Shown in pieces: positions 35,540-47,481 of a stretch of DNA of 64,000 nt. The position numbers and the translations under genes were made by a program. Each line of letters starts with the position of its first letter. Position 1 is the first letter of the stretch. This DNA is from Haliotis rufescens (taxonomy: Eukaryota). Below the pieces are notes generated by a model. The model saw nothing but the letters and a program-made list of their open reading frames with translations, was not told the DNA's origin and made no database searches. Location: positions 31,930,001-31,994,000 of the forward strand of contig NW_025964372.1 of NCBI RefSeq assembly GCF_023055435.1, read 5' to 3'.

Positions 35540-36565
35540 CAACATGACTGTGCTTAGTGAACCATGACTATGGTTTATTCCAGCACTACTGCTTTATGCA
35601 ACACAACTGTGCTTAGGGCCACAACTGTGTTTAGTGCAATGTAACTGTCTTGTGCAACATGACTGTGCAACACAACTGTGCTTAGTGCAACATGTTTGTG
35701 CAACATAGCTGTTTTGTGCAACATTACTGCAACACAATTGTGCTTAGTACAACATGTTTGTGCTTAGTGCAACATAACTGTTTTGTGCAACATGACTGCA
35801 ACACAACTGTGCTTAGTGCAGCTTAACTGTTTTGTGCAACATGACTGTTTTGTGCAACATGACTGTGCAACACAATTGTGCTTACTGCAACATGTTTGTG
35901 CTAAGTGCAGCATAACAGTTTTGTGCAACATGACTGCAACACAACTGTGCTTAATGCAACATGTTTTTGCTTAGTGCAACATAACTATTTTGTGCAACAT
36001 GATTGCAACACAATTGTGCTTAGTGCAACATGTCTGTGCTTAGTGCAACATAACTGTTTTCAGCAACATGACTGCAACACAACTGTGCTTAGTGCAACAT
36101 AACTGTTTTGTGCAACATGACTGTGCAACACAACTGTGCTTAGTGCAACATAATTGTTTTGTGCAACATGACTGCAACACAACTGTGCTTAGTGCAGCTT
36201 AACTGTTTTGTGCAACATGACTGTTTTGTGCAACATGACTGTGCAACACAATTGTGCTTACTGCAACATGTTTGTGCTACGTGCAGCATAACAGTTTTGT
36301 GCAACATGACTGCAACACAACTGTGCTTAATGCAACATGTTTTTGCTTAGTGCAACATAACTATTTTGTGCAACATGATTGCAACACAATTGTGCTTAGT
36401 GCAACATGTTTGTGCTTAGTGCAACATAACTGTTTTGTGCAACATGACTGCAACACAACTGTGCTTAGTGCAACATAACTGTTTTGTGCAACATGACTGT
36501 GCAACACAACTGTGCTTAGTGCAGCATAACTGTTTTGTGCAACATGACTGCAACACAATTGTGCC
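35540..36565. repeat. Complex GCAACA-based tandem array with a 376-bp higher-order duplication
   Basis: Units such as TGTGCTTAGTGCAACATAACTGTTTTGTGCAACATGACTGCAACACAAC; the block at 35783 recurs at 36159. Confidence 0.9.
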
Positions 36566-37296
36566 ACATCCAGTCATATGTTTCAAAAATTCTTTTTATT
36601 ATAATGCCCTTCTCAACCCCCTTTCATATGTGAGGAGTCCCTCTCTCCCAAACACCCCATGCTTGTCATGAGAGATGACTTAAATGAGGATTGGATGGTG
36701 TCAATATACCCTAGTGGCTTGGGTTTGAGGATTTGATGGATATAATGAGTGACCTAGCTCTGTGGTGTCATTGTACCCTAGTGGCTTAGGTTTTGAGGAT
36801 AGGATGAATATAATGAGTGACCTAGCTCTGTGGTGTCATTGTACCCTAGTGGCATGGGTCCGTTGCTCTCGCGGTCAAACACTCGTCTGTCAACATATGA
36901 TTTTAGGACCATTGTGATGTAGTTGGAATATTGCTGACAGTTACAAAAAGCAACTCTGTTCAAGCACTTATATGTACATGTGTGATACAAGCAGTCTTCA
37001 GTTGTACACTTATTTTCATTTTGCATGTTTCCGTCTTTTTAAGCCTGACATGGATGGAGCCTATATAGGTTCAATTTTAATTTCATATTTAGTGTCAATT
37101 TTAAAACATGTACCCACAGAACCTTTTTACTGTTTTAACATATGTTTTATTATTGTATTTCAGTCCTCTTTGTCAAGAAGCCTACAGTGTTGATAGTTTG
37201 TACATACTCTACTGTTGTTTGACTTCTGTATAACAGTGCAAGTGATTGTGTAAATAAAGTAACTTATTCAGGTTTTGGATTGATTGCTTCATTGCT

Positions 37297-40200
37297 GGTT
37301 GGATCTTGGAAGTGTTGGGTGGTCACATGTGATGGTCTGGTGTGTTGGACTGGGAGGCGTTGGGTGGTTACACGTGTGGATCTGGTGTGTTGGACTGGGA
37401 GGTGTTGGGTGGTCACATGTGATGGTCTGGTGTGTTGGACTGGGAGGCGTTGGGTGGTCACATGTGATGATCTGGTGTGTTGGACTGGGAAGTGTTGGGT
37501 GGTCACATGTGATGATCTGGTGTGTTGGACTGGGAGGCGTTGGGTGGTCACATGTGATGATCTGGTGTGTTGGACTGGTAAGTGTTGGGTTGTCACATGT
37601 GATGATCTGGTGTGTTGGACTGGGAAGTGTTGGGTGGTCACATGTGATGATCTGGTGTGTTGGACTGGGAAGTGTTGGGTGGTCACATGTGATGATCTGG
37701 TGTGTTGGACTGGGAGGTGTTGGGTGGTCACACGTGAGGATCTGGTGTGTTGGACTGGGAGGCGTTGGGTGGTCACACGTGTGGATCTGGTGTGTTGGAC
37801 TGGGAAGTGTTGGGTGGTCACATGTGATGATCTGGTGTGTTGGACTGGGAGGTGTTGGGTGGTCACATGTGATGATCTGGTGTGTTGGACTGGGAAGTGT
37901 TGGGTGGTCACAAGTAAGGATCTGGTGTGTTGGACTGAGAGGTGTTGGGTGGCCACACTTGATGATCTGGTGTGTTGGACTGGGAAGTGTTGGGTGGTAA
38001 CACTTGTGGATTTGGTGTGTTGGACTGGGAAGTGTTGGGTGGTCACACTTGTGGATATGGTGTGTTGGACTGGGAGGTGTTGGGTGGTCACACGTGAGGA
38101 TCTGGTGTGTTGGACTGAGAGGCATTAGGTGGTCACACGTGTGGATCTGGTGTGTTGGACTGGGAAGTGTTGGGTGGTCACACTTGATGATCTGGTGTGT
38201 TGGACTGAGAGGCTTTGGGTGGTCACACATGTGGATCTGGTGTGTTGGACTGGGAGGTGTTGGTTGGTCACATGTGAGGATATGGTGTGTTGGACTGGGA
38301 AGTGTTGGGTGGTCACATGTGATGATCTGGTGTGTTGGACTGGGAGGTGTTGGGTGGTCACACGTGAGGATCTGGTGTGTTGGACTGAGAGGCGTTGGGT
38401 GGTCACACGTGTGGATCTAGTGTGTTGGACTGGGAAGTGTTGGGTGGTCACACTTGATGATCTGGTGTGTTGGACTGAGAGGCTTTGGGTGGTCACACAT
38501 GTGGATCTGGTGTGTTGGACTGGGAGGCGTTGGGTGATCACACGTGTGGATCTGGTGTGTTGGACTGGGAAGTGTTAGGTGGTCACACGTAAGGATCTGG
38601 TGTGTTGGACTGGGAGGTGTTGGGTCGTCACATGTGATGATCTGGTGTGTTGGACTGGGAAGTGTTGGGTGGTCACACGTGAGGATCTGCTGTGTTGGAC
38701 TGGGAGGCGTTGGGTGATCACACGTGTGGATCTGGTGTGTTGGACTGGGAAGTGTTAGGTGGTCACACGTAAGGATCTGGTGTGTTGGACTGGGAGGTGT
38801 TGGGTCGTCACATGTGATGATCTGGTGTGTTGGACTGGGAAGTGTTGGGTGGTCACACGTGAGGATCTGCTGTGTTGGATCTGGGAAGTGTTGGGTGGTC
38901 ACACGTGAGGATATGGTGTGTTGGATCTGGGAAGTGTTGGGTGGTCACACGTGATGATCTGGTGTGTTGGATCTGGGAAGTGTTGGGTGGTCACACGTGA
39001 GGATATGGTGTGTTGGACTGGGAGGTGTTGGGTGGTCACACGTGAGGATCTGCTGTGTTGGACTGGGAAGTGTTGGGTGGTCACACGTGTGGATCTGGTG
39101 TGTTGGACTGGGAAATGTTGGGTGGTCACACGTAAGGATCTGTTGTCTTGGACTTGGAGGTGTTGGGTGGTCACATGTGATGATCTGGTGTGTTGGACTG
39201 GGAAGTGTTGGGTGGTCACACTTGATGATCTGGTGTGTTGGACTGAAAGGTGTTAGGTGGCCACACTTGATGATCTGGTGTGTTGGACTGGGAAGTGTTG
39301 GGTGGTCACACTTGTGGATATGGTGTGTTGGACTGGGAGGTGTTGGGTGGCCACACTTGATGATCTGGTGTGTTGGACTGAGAGGTGTTGGGTGGCCACA
39401 TGTGATTATCTGGTGTGTTGGACTGGGAGGTGTTGGGTGGTCACACGTGAGGATCTGGTGTGTTGGACTGGGAAGTGTTGGGTGGTTACACTTGTGGATA
39501 TGGTGTGTTGGCCTGGGAAGTGTTGGGTGGTCACAAGTGAGGATCTGGTGTGTTGGACTGGGAGGTGTTGGGTGGTCACACTTGATGATCTGGTGTGTTG
39601 GACTGAAAGGTGTTGGGTGGCCACACTTGATGATCTGGTGTGTTGGACTGGGAAGTGTTGGGTGGTCACACTTGTGGATATGGTGTGTTGGACTGGGAGG
39701 TGTTGGGTGGCCACACTTGATGATCTGGTGTGTTGGACTGAGAGGTGTTGGGTGGCCACATGTGATTATCTGGTGTGTTGGACTGGGAAGTGTTGGGTGG
39801 TCACATGTGATGATCTGGTGTGTTGGACTGGGAGGTGTTGGGTGGTCACAAGTGAGGATCTGGTGTGTTGGACTGGGAAGTGTTGGGTGGCCACACTTGA
39901 TGATCTGGTGTGTTGGACTGAAAGGTGTTGGGTGGCCACACTTGATGATCTGGTGTGTTGGACTGGGAAGTGTTGGGTGGTCACACTTGTGGATATGGTG
40001 TGTTGGACTGGGAGGTGTTGGGTGGCCACACTTGATGATCTGGGGTGTTGGACTGAGAGGTGTTGGGTGGCCACATGTGATTATCTGGTGTGTTGGACTG
40101 GGAGGTGTTGGGTGGTCACACGTGAGGATCTGGTGTGTTGGACTGGGAAGTGTTGGGTGGTCACACTTGTGGATATGGTGTGTTGGACTGGGAAGTGTTG

Positions 40201-40758
40201 AGTGGTCACAAGTGAGGATCTGGTGTGTTGGACTGGGAGGTGTTGGGTGGTCACACATGTGGATCTGGTGTGTTGGACTGGGAGGTGTTGGGTGGTCTCA
40301 AGTGAGGATCAGGTGTGTTTGACTGGGAGGTGTTGGGTGGTCACACCTGAGGATCTGGTGTGTTGGACTGGGAAGTGTTGGGTGGTCACATGTGATGATC
40401 TGGTGTGTTGGACTGGGAGGTGTTGGGTGGTCACAAGTGAGGATCTGGTGTGTTGGACTGGGAGGTGTTGGGTGGTCACACCTGAGGATCTGGTGTGTTG
40501 GACTGGGAGGTGTTGGGTGGTCACAAGTGAGGATCTGGTGTGTTGGACTGGGAAGTGTTGGGTGGTCACACATGTGGATCTGGTGTGTTGGACTGGGAAG
40601 TGTTGGGTGGTCACACATGTGGATCTGGTGTGTTGGACTGGGAAGTGTTGGGTGGTCACACATGTGAATCTGGTGTGTTGGACTGGGAAGTGTTGGGTGG
40701 TCACATGTGTGAGATCTGGTGTGTTCGACTAGGAAGTGTTAGGTGGTCACATGTGTGA
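37297..40758. repeat. 45-bp G/T-rich minisatellite (GGTCACATGTGATGATCTGGTGTGTTGGACTGGGAAGTGTTGGGT), about 77 units
   Basis: Directly visible; higher-order duplications of 180 bp (38521/38701) and 360 bp (39241/39601). Confidence 0.98.
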
Positions 40759-41829
40759 GGACCAGGTTGATGGTAATTCATTTCACCCTGATCAAATGGC
40801 ATATCATGCAATGAAGTTCATACTATGAAACCACTGAATTATCTGGTCCAGATTGGATATTTTCAGGCAAGTGTCGTTAGAAACAGACAACCAAAGGACC
40901 AATGCCATATAGCTGTGATACTGCTGCCTAGAAGAATATGTAATATAGTTGTAATATTGCTCGCTTGAGGCCAATGTGATATAGCTGTCATATTGTTTCA
41001 TGGCCATTCAAACAAAACAAATACTGGTAGAAATATTTTGGTTAACACTTTTATTTTTTTAACATGTCCCACATAAATAAATACATGTTGAAATGTTATT
41101 TGTACAAAACATATTATTGTTAATTTGTGTTCTTGGTCATTTGTGATTTGTCTGTCTGTGATGAGACTGTTAGTGTCAACAAATGCTGATGTCACTTGGC
41201 AGTTCTAGCTTTTGTGGCCTGGCCTTTCTTTCTGTGGGTGACATGGGATTCTTGAGCAGTACACACAGGAATAGTAGTACTCTGTTCTGTCCGTGCTCCA
41301 TTAGATGACGTCTGTCTTACCCTGTCGTTGGCTTTATAACATGGTCTGACAGCAGAGAGGATCAGAGAATGGACTTTCTACTTGACTTCTCATCTCTCCT
41401 CAGCTCAAGTCACGTGTCTGGGGAACCTGTACCCGAGACAGTTGTCTCTGTAATGTGGTGTTAACAGAGAATGAGACTATTCTATGTTCCTGAACTTTGG
41501 CTGCTCAGCGTGGCCGTCTGGTGGAAGAGTGAAATGGAGAGAGTGTTTTGTCCATGTTATATTTTTGTTGAAATCCACATGTTTGACACAGATATGAGAG
41601 CGTTTGCTGTCCTCTATGTGTTATCTTCTCAACACCATCTGCTGTTCACTTGAGAAGCCTCAGCAAAGATGTGAAACAAGATGACTTGCAACCTGCCAAA
41701 TACTCTCGCTACGTTGCATATCTAAGCAAGGACGGGAGGGTGGCTGAGTTCTTCATAATGACTCTGATCAAGGAGGGGGGAGTGTACGAGGTACCTTACA
41801 ATGGCCACTTGATGCACACAGTGAAGTCA

Positions 41830-42345
41830 AGCTTCTCACATGGCCATTTTCGTTTGATCATCTGCCAGCTTCTAACGTGGCCATTTTCGTTTGATCATCT
41901 GCTGCCAGCTTCTAACGTGGCCATTTTCGTGTGGTCATCTGCTTCCAGCTTCTCACATGGCCATTTTCGTTTGATCATCTGCTGCCAGCTTCTAACGTGG
42001 CCATTTTCATGTGGTCATCAGCCGCCAGCTTCTAACGTGGCTAGGTTCGTGTGATCATCAGAAGCCAGATTCTAACGTGGCCATTTCCGTTTGATCATCT
42101 GCTGCCAGCTTCTAACACGGCCATTTTTGTTTGATCATCTGCTGCCAGCTTCTAACATGGCCATTTTTGTTTGATCATCTGCTGCCAGCTTCTCACATGG
42201 CCATTTTCATTTGATCATCTCCCGCCAGCTTCTAACATGGCCATTTTCGTTTGATCATCTGCTGCCAGCTTCTAACACAGCCATTTTCGTTTGATCATCT
42301 GCTGCCAGCTTCTAACGTGGCCAAGTTCGCGTGGTCATGTGCTGC
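41830..42345. repeat. 40-bp tandem array (GCCAGCTTCTAACGTGGCCATTTTCGTTTGATCATCTGCT), about 13 units, in the TRIM45 3' UTR
   Basis: Directly visible; starts about 75 nt past the TRIM45 stop. Confidence 0.93.
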
Positions 42346-42420
42346 TGTGCAGTCAGTTGCTGTTGAACGTGGCCAGTCTGACCAGACAAGTGTGTTTTCC
42401 AGTGATCAACTGTGACTGCT

Positions 42421-45400
42421 TCATAACGTGACCTGTCTGAGGGGAGAGGGTCTGCTGGTAACAGAGCATTCCGAGTTCTTCACCATCTTCCCACAGCACG
42501 ACCAGTGAGGTCCGCCGGGGTGGTTGCCATGTCCGTGCCCGCAGCCTGCAAACCCACCTGGAACATCCACAAATATAAACTGTCAATGCAAGAGAACAAC
42601 CATCCTAGATTTTCTGCCAAAACAGATTCCATTTGGAGCAAAGGCCAAAATAGCTGTGGATATTATATGAGGGGACCACTGAAAATCAGCGTCACCAGGT
42701 GTTCCCAAAAAGGGTAAGCATGTCCTACGGTTGACAAACGAATCAAAATCTCTCCTCTATCTTCAATTAGGATCATTGTGTCAATAACATTTGCTTTGCT
42801 TTGCTTTAAGTCTAACCTATGAGTTCACCCTTGAACAGGACAACAATGTGAACAATTGAACTTACTATCGTCTCTCATAAAGACATTACGATTGGTTAGA
42901 ATTGAAGAGGTCTTCAGCAACCCATGCTTGACATAAAAGGTGACTATGCTCGTCGTAAGAGGCGACCAATGGGATTGAATGGTCAGGCTCGCTGACTTGG
43001 TTGATGCATGTCATCGTATCCCAATTGCGTGGATTGATGCTCATGATGTCAATCACCGGATTGTCTGGTCCAGACTCGATTATTTACAGACCTCTGTCAT
43101 GTAGATGTAATATAGTGCGGTGCTAAACAACAAACAAACAAACAGAACTGAAGATGTAGCTCACCTGGCATTGCCCCCTTGCATCCGCACGTGACGTCCC
43201 TCTTCCCTCCGGTCTGACAGAAGGTGCAACACTGCCAAATACCCTTGTGTTCCCGCCATCTTGCCTTCACACTGAACTTGAAGGGGCTATCCTGAAGATG
43301 GACATAAAATACTTAAATGATAAACAAGCTTATCATAGATAGCATTCAATTTCAGATGCTACTATTCTTCAGTGCAAGCCCACTGAGATACCATGCAGCA
43401 GTTTAACATTATTCTCAGACACCTGCCAGGCAGGATAACAACAAATACCATCTTTTAACGGGGTTTTTGTACGACGCGACGGGATGGAACCCCTGACCTT
43501 CCACCCTATGGGCGGACGCTCTGTCTACTAGACCTCCGAGCCATATATATATATTCTGTTGAAGTTTTATTTTTAGGCCTTTATGTAGCAAGGACCATAT
43601 TTTCATACAGATTTATAGGCAGAGAGGCTATTAATTTAACGCTGTGATTTTAGTCCGAATATTCTCCCTACCTTGACCGGCTGGCCACTGACTGCCACGT
43701 GGAGGAAGTGCGTGCCCTTCTGGACCGGGGTGAAGGTCAGCTGGTGGGTTCCGTCCTTCTTACAGGAGATGTTTACAGGAACGCTTCTGTGGAGGGGAAG
43801 AACACATCATCAGCGTGTACATACTCGTCTAGGTGCTGACAGTGATAAACACACCACGAAAGACGTCAATGGCTAAATCAAAGAAGTTACCTATTACATC
43901 TTCTCTGGGTGTATAAGGGGGTGCAACCTGGGTCTTTTGGGGCAAAATTTAATCAGAATTCTGAAAATGCTGAGGAATTTGTCCTCAAGTTTATTATAAT
44001 ATTCAAACTGCACAGTACATGATGGATGTTTAGAAAAATGTGACGCCCACCCCCCACCTCACCCCCACATATTGTTTGTTTTAAAGCGCAACTCAAAACA
44101 AAAAAAAATTCTAAAAACATCCCAGGACACTTGTGTTTAGTAAAATATGGACATTTTGGTACTAAGGAATTGATAAAGGCAAATTTACAGAAACACAATC
44201 TCATTAAACTCTGATCTAAGTTCTCGCTGCCGTTAAACAAAGCTTTGTTTAGCGATAGGGAGAACTAAGATATGATTTTAATCAGATTGACGGAAACAGT
44301 GCATTTAAAGTCCATAAGTTAATCCTGCCTTCATAGATATCCCACCTTCTATGTACCATCTAAAGATCTTCATTGAAGTATCAATAAAACTGTGATCCAA
44401 CTTGAAATACTTTTACATACAGATATATACACTCCAACTTACCTGAGACTTTCATTCTGGTAGATAAGCCACGCTCTGACGTTGACGTCACTTCCGTTGT
44501 ACTGCACGTGCTCTGTATCTCTTACAGTCAAAGTCATCTCAGACTTGTGACCAATCCTTGCTGTGCTCAAACCTGTAACAGGATATCCAGTGTAAGCATA
44601 TAATACTTAGTATAACCTAAATCCCAATTAACATCGGGGGTAGAATAGGTCTTCACCAATCCCTACTTACCGTAAAAGGCGAAGGCGACTATGCTTGTCG
44701 TAAGAGGCGACCAACGGGATCGGGTGGTCAGGCTCGCTGACTTGGTTGAAGCATGTCATCGCATTCCAATTGCGTGGATCGATGCTCATGATGTCGATCA
44801 CTGGATTGTCTGGTCCAGACTCGATTATTTACAGACCGCCGTCACATACCTGGAATATTGTTGAGTGGGGCGTAAAACAACAAACCAACCAACCGTTAGT
44901 CGCCTCTTACGACAAGCATGAGTTGCTGAAGACCTATTCTACCCCAGATCTTCATAGGTCGCAAGCGGCTTCTAAATAAGCTCACTTAACCCAACTCAAA
45001 GCACAATGCTAACTATGTCCCACACTGACACCATGCACTGAAACACCGTTTCCTCACTATCTCACACACATTGTTCTGACCATGCCCTGGTGACGTACAG
45101 TGTGCCCGGTTGTGCGTACTAAACATAGCATGCCAAGATCATCATTAAAACATCGATCCAGTGGCCACGTCATACCAAAAGACGTTCAAGGGTGGTACTT
45201 GTTGTTACTCTGCCTGGCGCTCGGCATTAAGGGGCTAAGACAAGGACTGGTCAGCTCGGAGTCAGTATACTGTGTCTGAGTGGGGTATCCATGTCAAACT
45301 GCGGCATGGTATCTCAGTGGGCAATCGGCATTAGTCCGGACTAGGACCATTGGACACAAACAAACACACACGCACGCACGCACACACACACGCGCGCGCG

Positions 45401-47436
45401 CGCGCATGCCTGCAATAAAATGTGAAAACCTATTTCACCTCACCTCATCAAGAACACGAACTTAAGTTAAAACTCACAACGGTGTTAAACAAATCAACAA
45501 AACAATTTGTAACAGCTTCAAACCCTCTTACGTTGCTGAGAATAATCTCGCAATTAGTTAAAAACAGAAACAAAAATGTTCCCCTTGTAAAGTAGGCAGT
45601 GTTTTTGCGAACATGTTCGCCTTGCGTTGCATTGTACTCAGATGTGTGCCAAGAATAGCCGTGTAGTGGGGATGTGTGGAGCTTATGTCATTCCTGCAAT
45701 GTATCCCAGTTGTTGTGTAAACCTACACAGCGCGGCAGGGATCTGTGTGGGGGTCCGACTGCTGAAGCTCATTACAGGCAACAGTGTGATGAGTACGACG
45801 TGTAGTTATACACACTTGTAACATGTTGTGTCTATTCACGGTGGAAATAATCCTCTCTAATTACTATCACCTGGTGTACTTAAGCAATGGTTCGTCATAA
45901 ACTGAACAAAAAAGCGATCATGAATATTTTGGGGAATTTTCATTTGCTGTGAAGACGGAGCACTAAATTTCAAAAACATTCTGACTCTACACGGTCCACA
46001 GTACAAAGGGTTATTGTCCATTTCAGGAGACGTTTACCCACTGACATACTGGTATATCACGTGTCAAACATACCTGATATACCTTATATCACCCTGGATC
46101 TCCAGTGTCTACAACCTACATTCCACACATCGCGTCAACCAGACAGGGTATCACATTATACAGACACGGGTCTTTTCTTAATGAAACGGATCAGTCAGGG
46201 TACCTGTTGTCTCGTCGGGACACTAGGGTGCTGACTGGGGTGCTGACATTCATTCGTGGGGCGATTTATGTCAACTATTCATGAAGATATTCATAAGTTG
46301 TACATGACCCTGGTGTTTGGTATGCCATCATGCAGATTTTCTAAGACGTCAACTAAGTACCACAAACACCCCTAAGTGGCTACGTCCGCCCGCCTAGTTT
46401 TCCGACATCTACCTGTAACCAGACGTACGCATATAGTCAAAATATGAAATATCCCTTGTAAATTCTTGAGTTTGAAAATTCGGAGGCTTCACTCGCTACT
46501 ATGATGTGACGGCTTGGTGTCTCTCCAGGCACTTGAGTGAGTGAGTGGGTGGTCAGTGTATGGGTGAGTGAGTGTATGGATGTGCGTTTGGTTATATGTG
46601 TGAGTGGGTTAGCGAGTGAGTGTGCGTGATTGTATGTCGCTTTTATCAATATAAGTGAGTGAGTGATTGAGTTTGGTTTTACGCCGCTTTTAACAGTATT
46701 CCAGTTACATCGCGGCGTGTCAGCTTAATGTGGGAGGAAACCCGAAGTGATGCAGGTCTCAGACTTATCAATATCAGGGCAGGGGACCACAAATAGCTTC
46801 AAACATTGTACCCATGTGGGGAATCAAACCCGAATCTTCGGCGTGACGAGCGGAAATTATTAAACACTAGGCTACCCAACCGCCCAACAACACGTAAAGC
46901 TCCGAGGTATAAGAACGAGCAAGACACCAATGGGTGATTGAATATTGCTTATCGCCGCATCAGCAATTTTGCAGCTATTCGCGGCGAGCAAGACCCCAAA
47001 ATAAGTTCCCTGTTTGAAGGGAGGGTGGTGGTTATTCAAGACCATGGTTTGCAGTAATTAGTTACGACGTACAGCCTTCTCTCCATGCTAGTCACGCTGA
47101 CTGACAATTAGTGTTATGAACCTCGGAATGCTCTTTCTGTTGTAACGGGGAAACACCCAGCGCGAAGACGTAATTTAAGCTCTGAGAAACAATAGCCAAT
47201 AGAATATGCCACGTCACATTGTCTGTTTCAACCACCTTGTTAAGTCAATGTTCATTTCGCTATGTAAGCTTGCCTTAGACTGACAGATGTGAAGCCACGT
47301 CTGAAAATAAATAATTGATAAATATCCTCTTGACAATCATCACCATCATCATCATCATCACCCGTGTGATATTTATATAACCAAAACACAATACATGTCA
47401 TTATCTATCTTATTATCATTCATGTTTTGTTTTTTA

Positions 47437-47481
<45 letters not shown>

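Noticed and set aside
37264-40758. Long ORFs on both strands (e.g. CDHPTLPSPTHQII and WCVGLGSVGWSH repeats)
   Set aside because: Artefacts of a 45-bp (multiple of 3) array that is open in many frames at once; 1-bp indels break the frames, and there is no unique domain or splice context.
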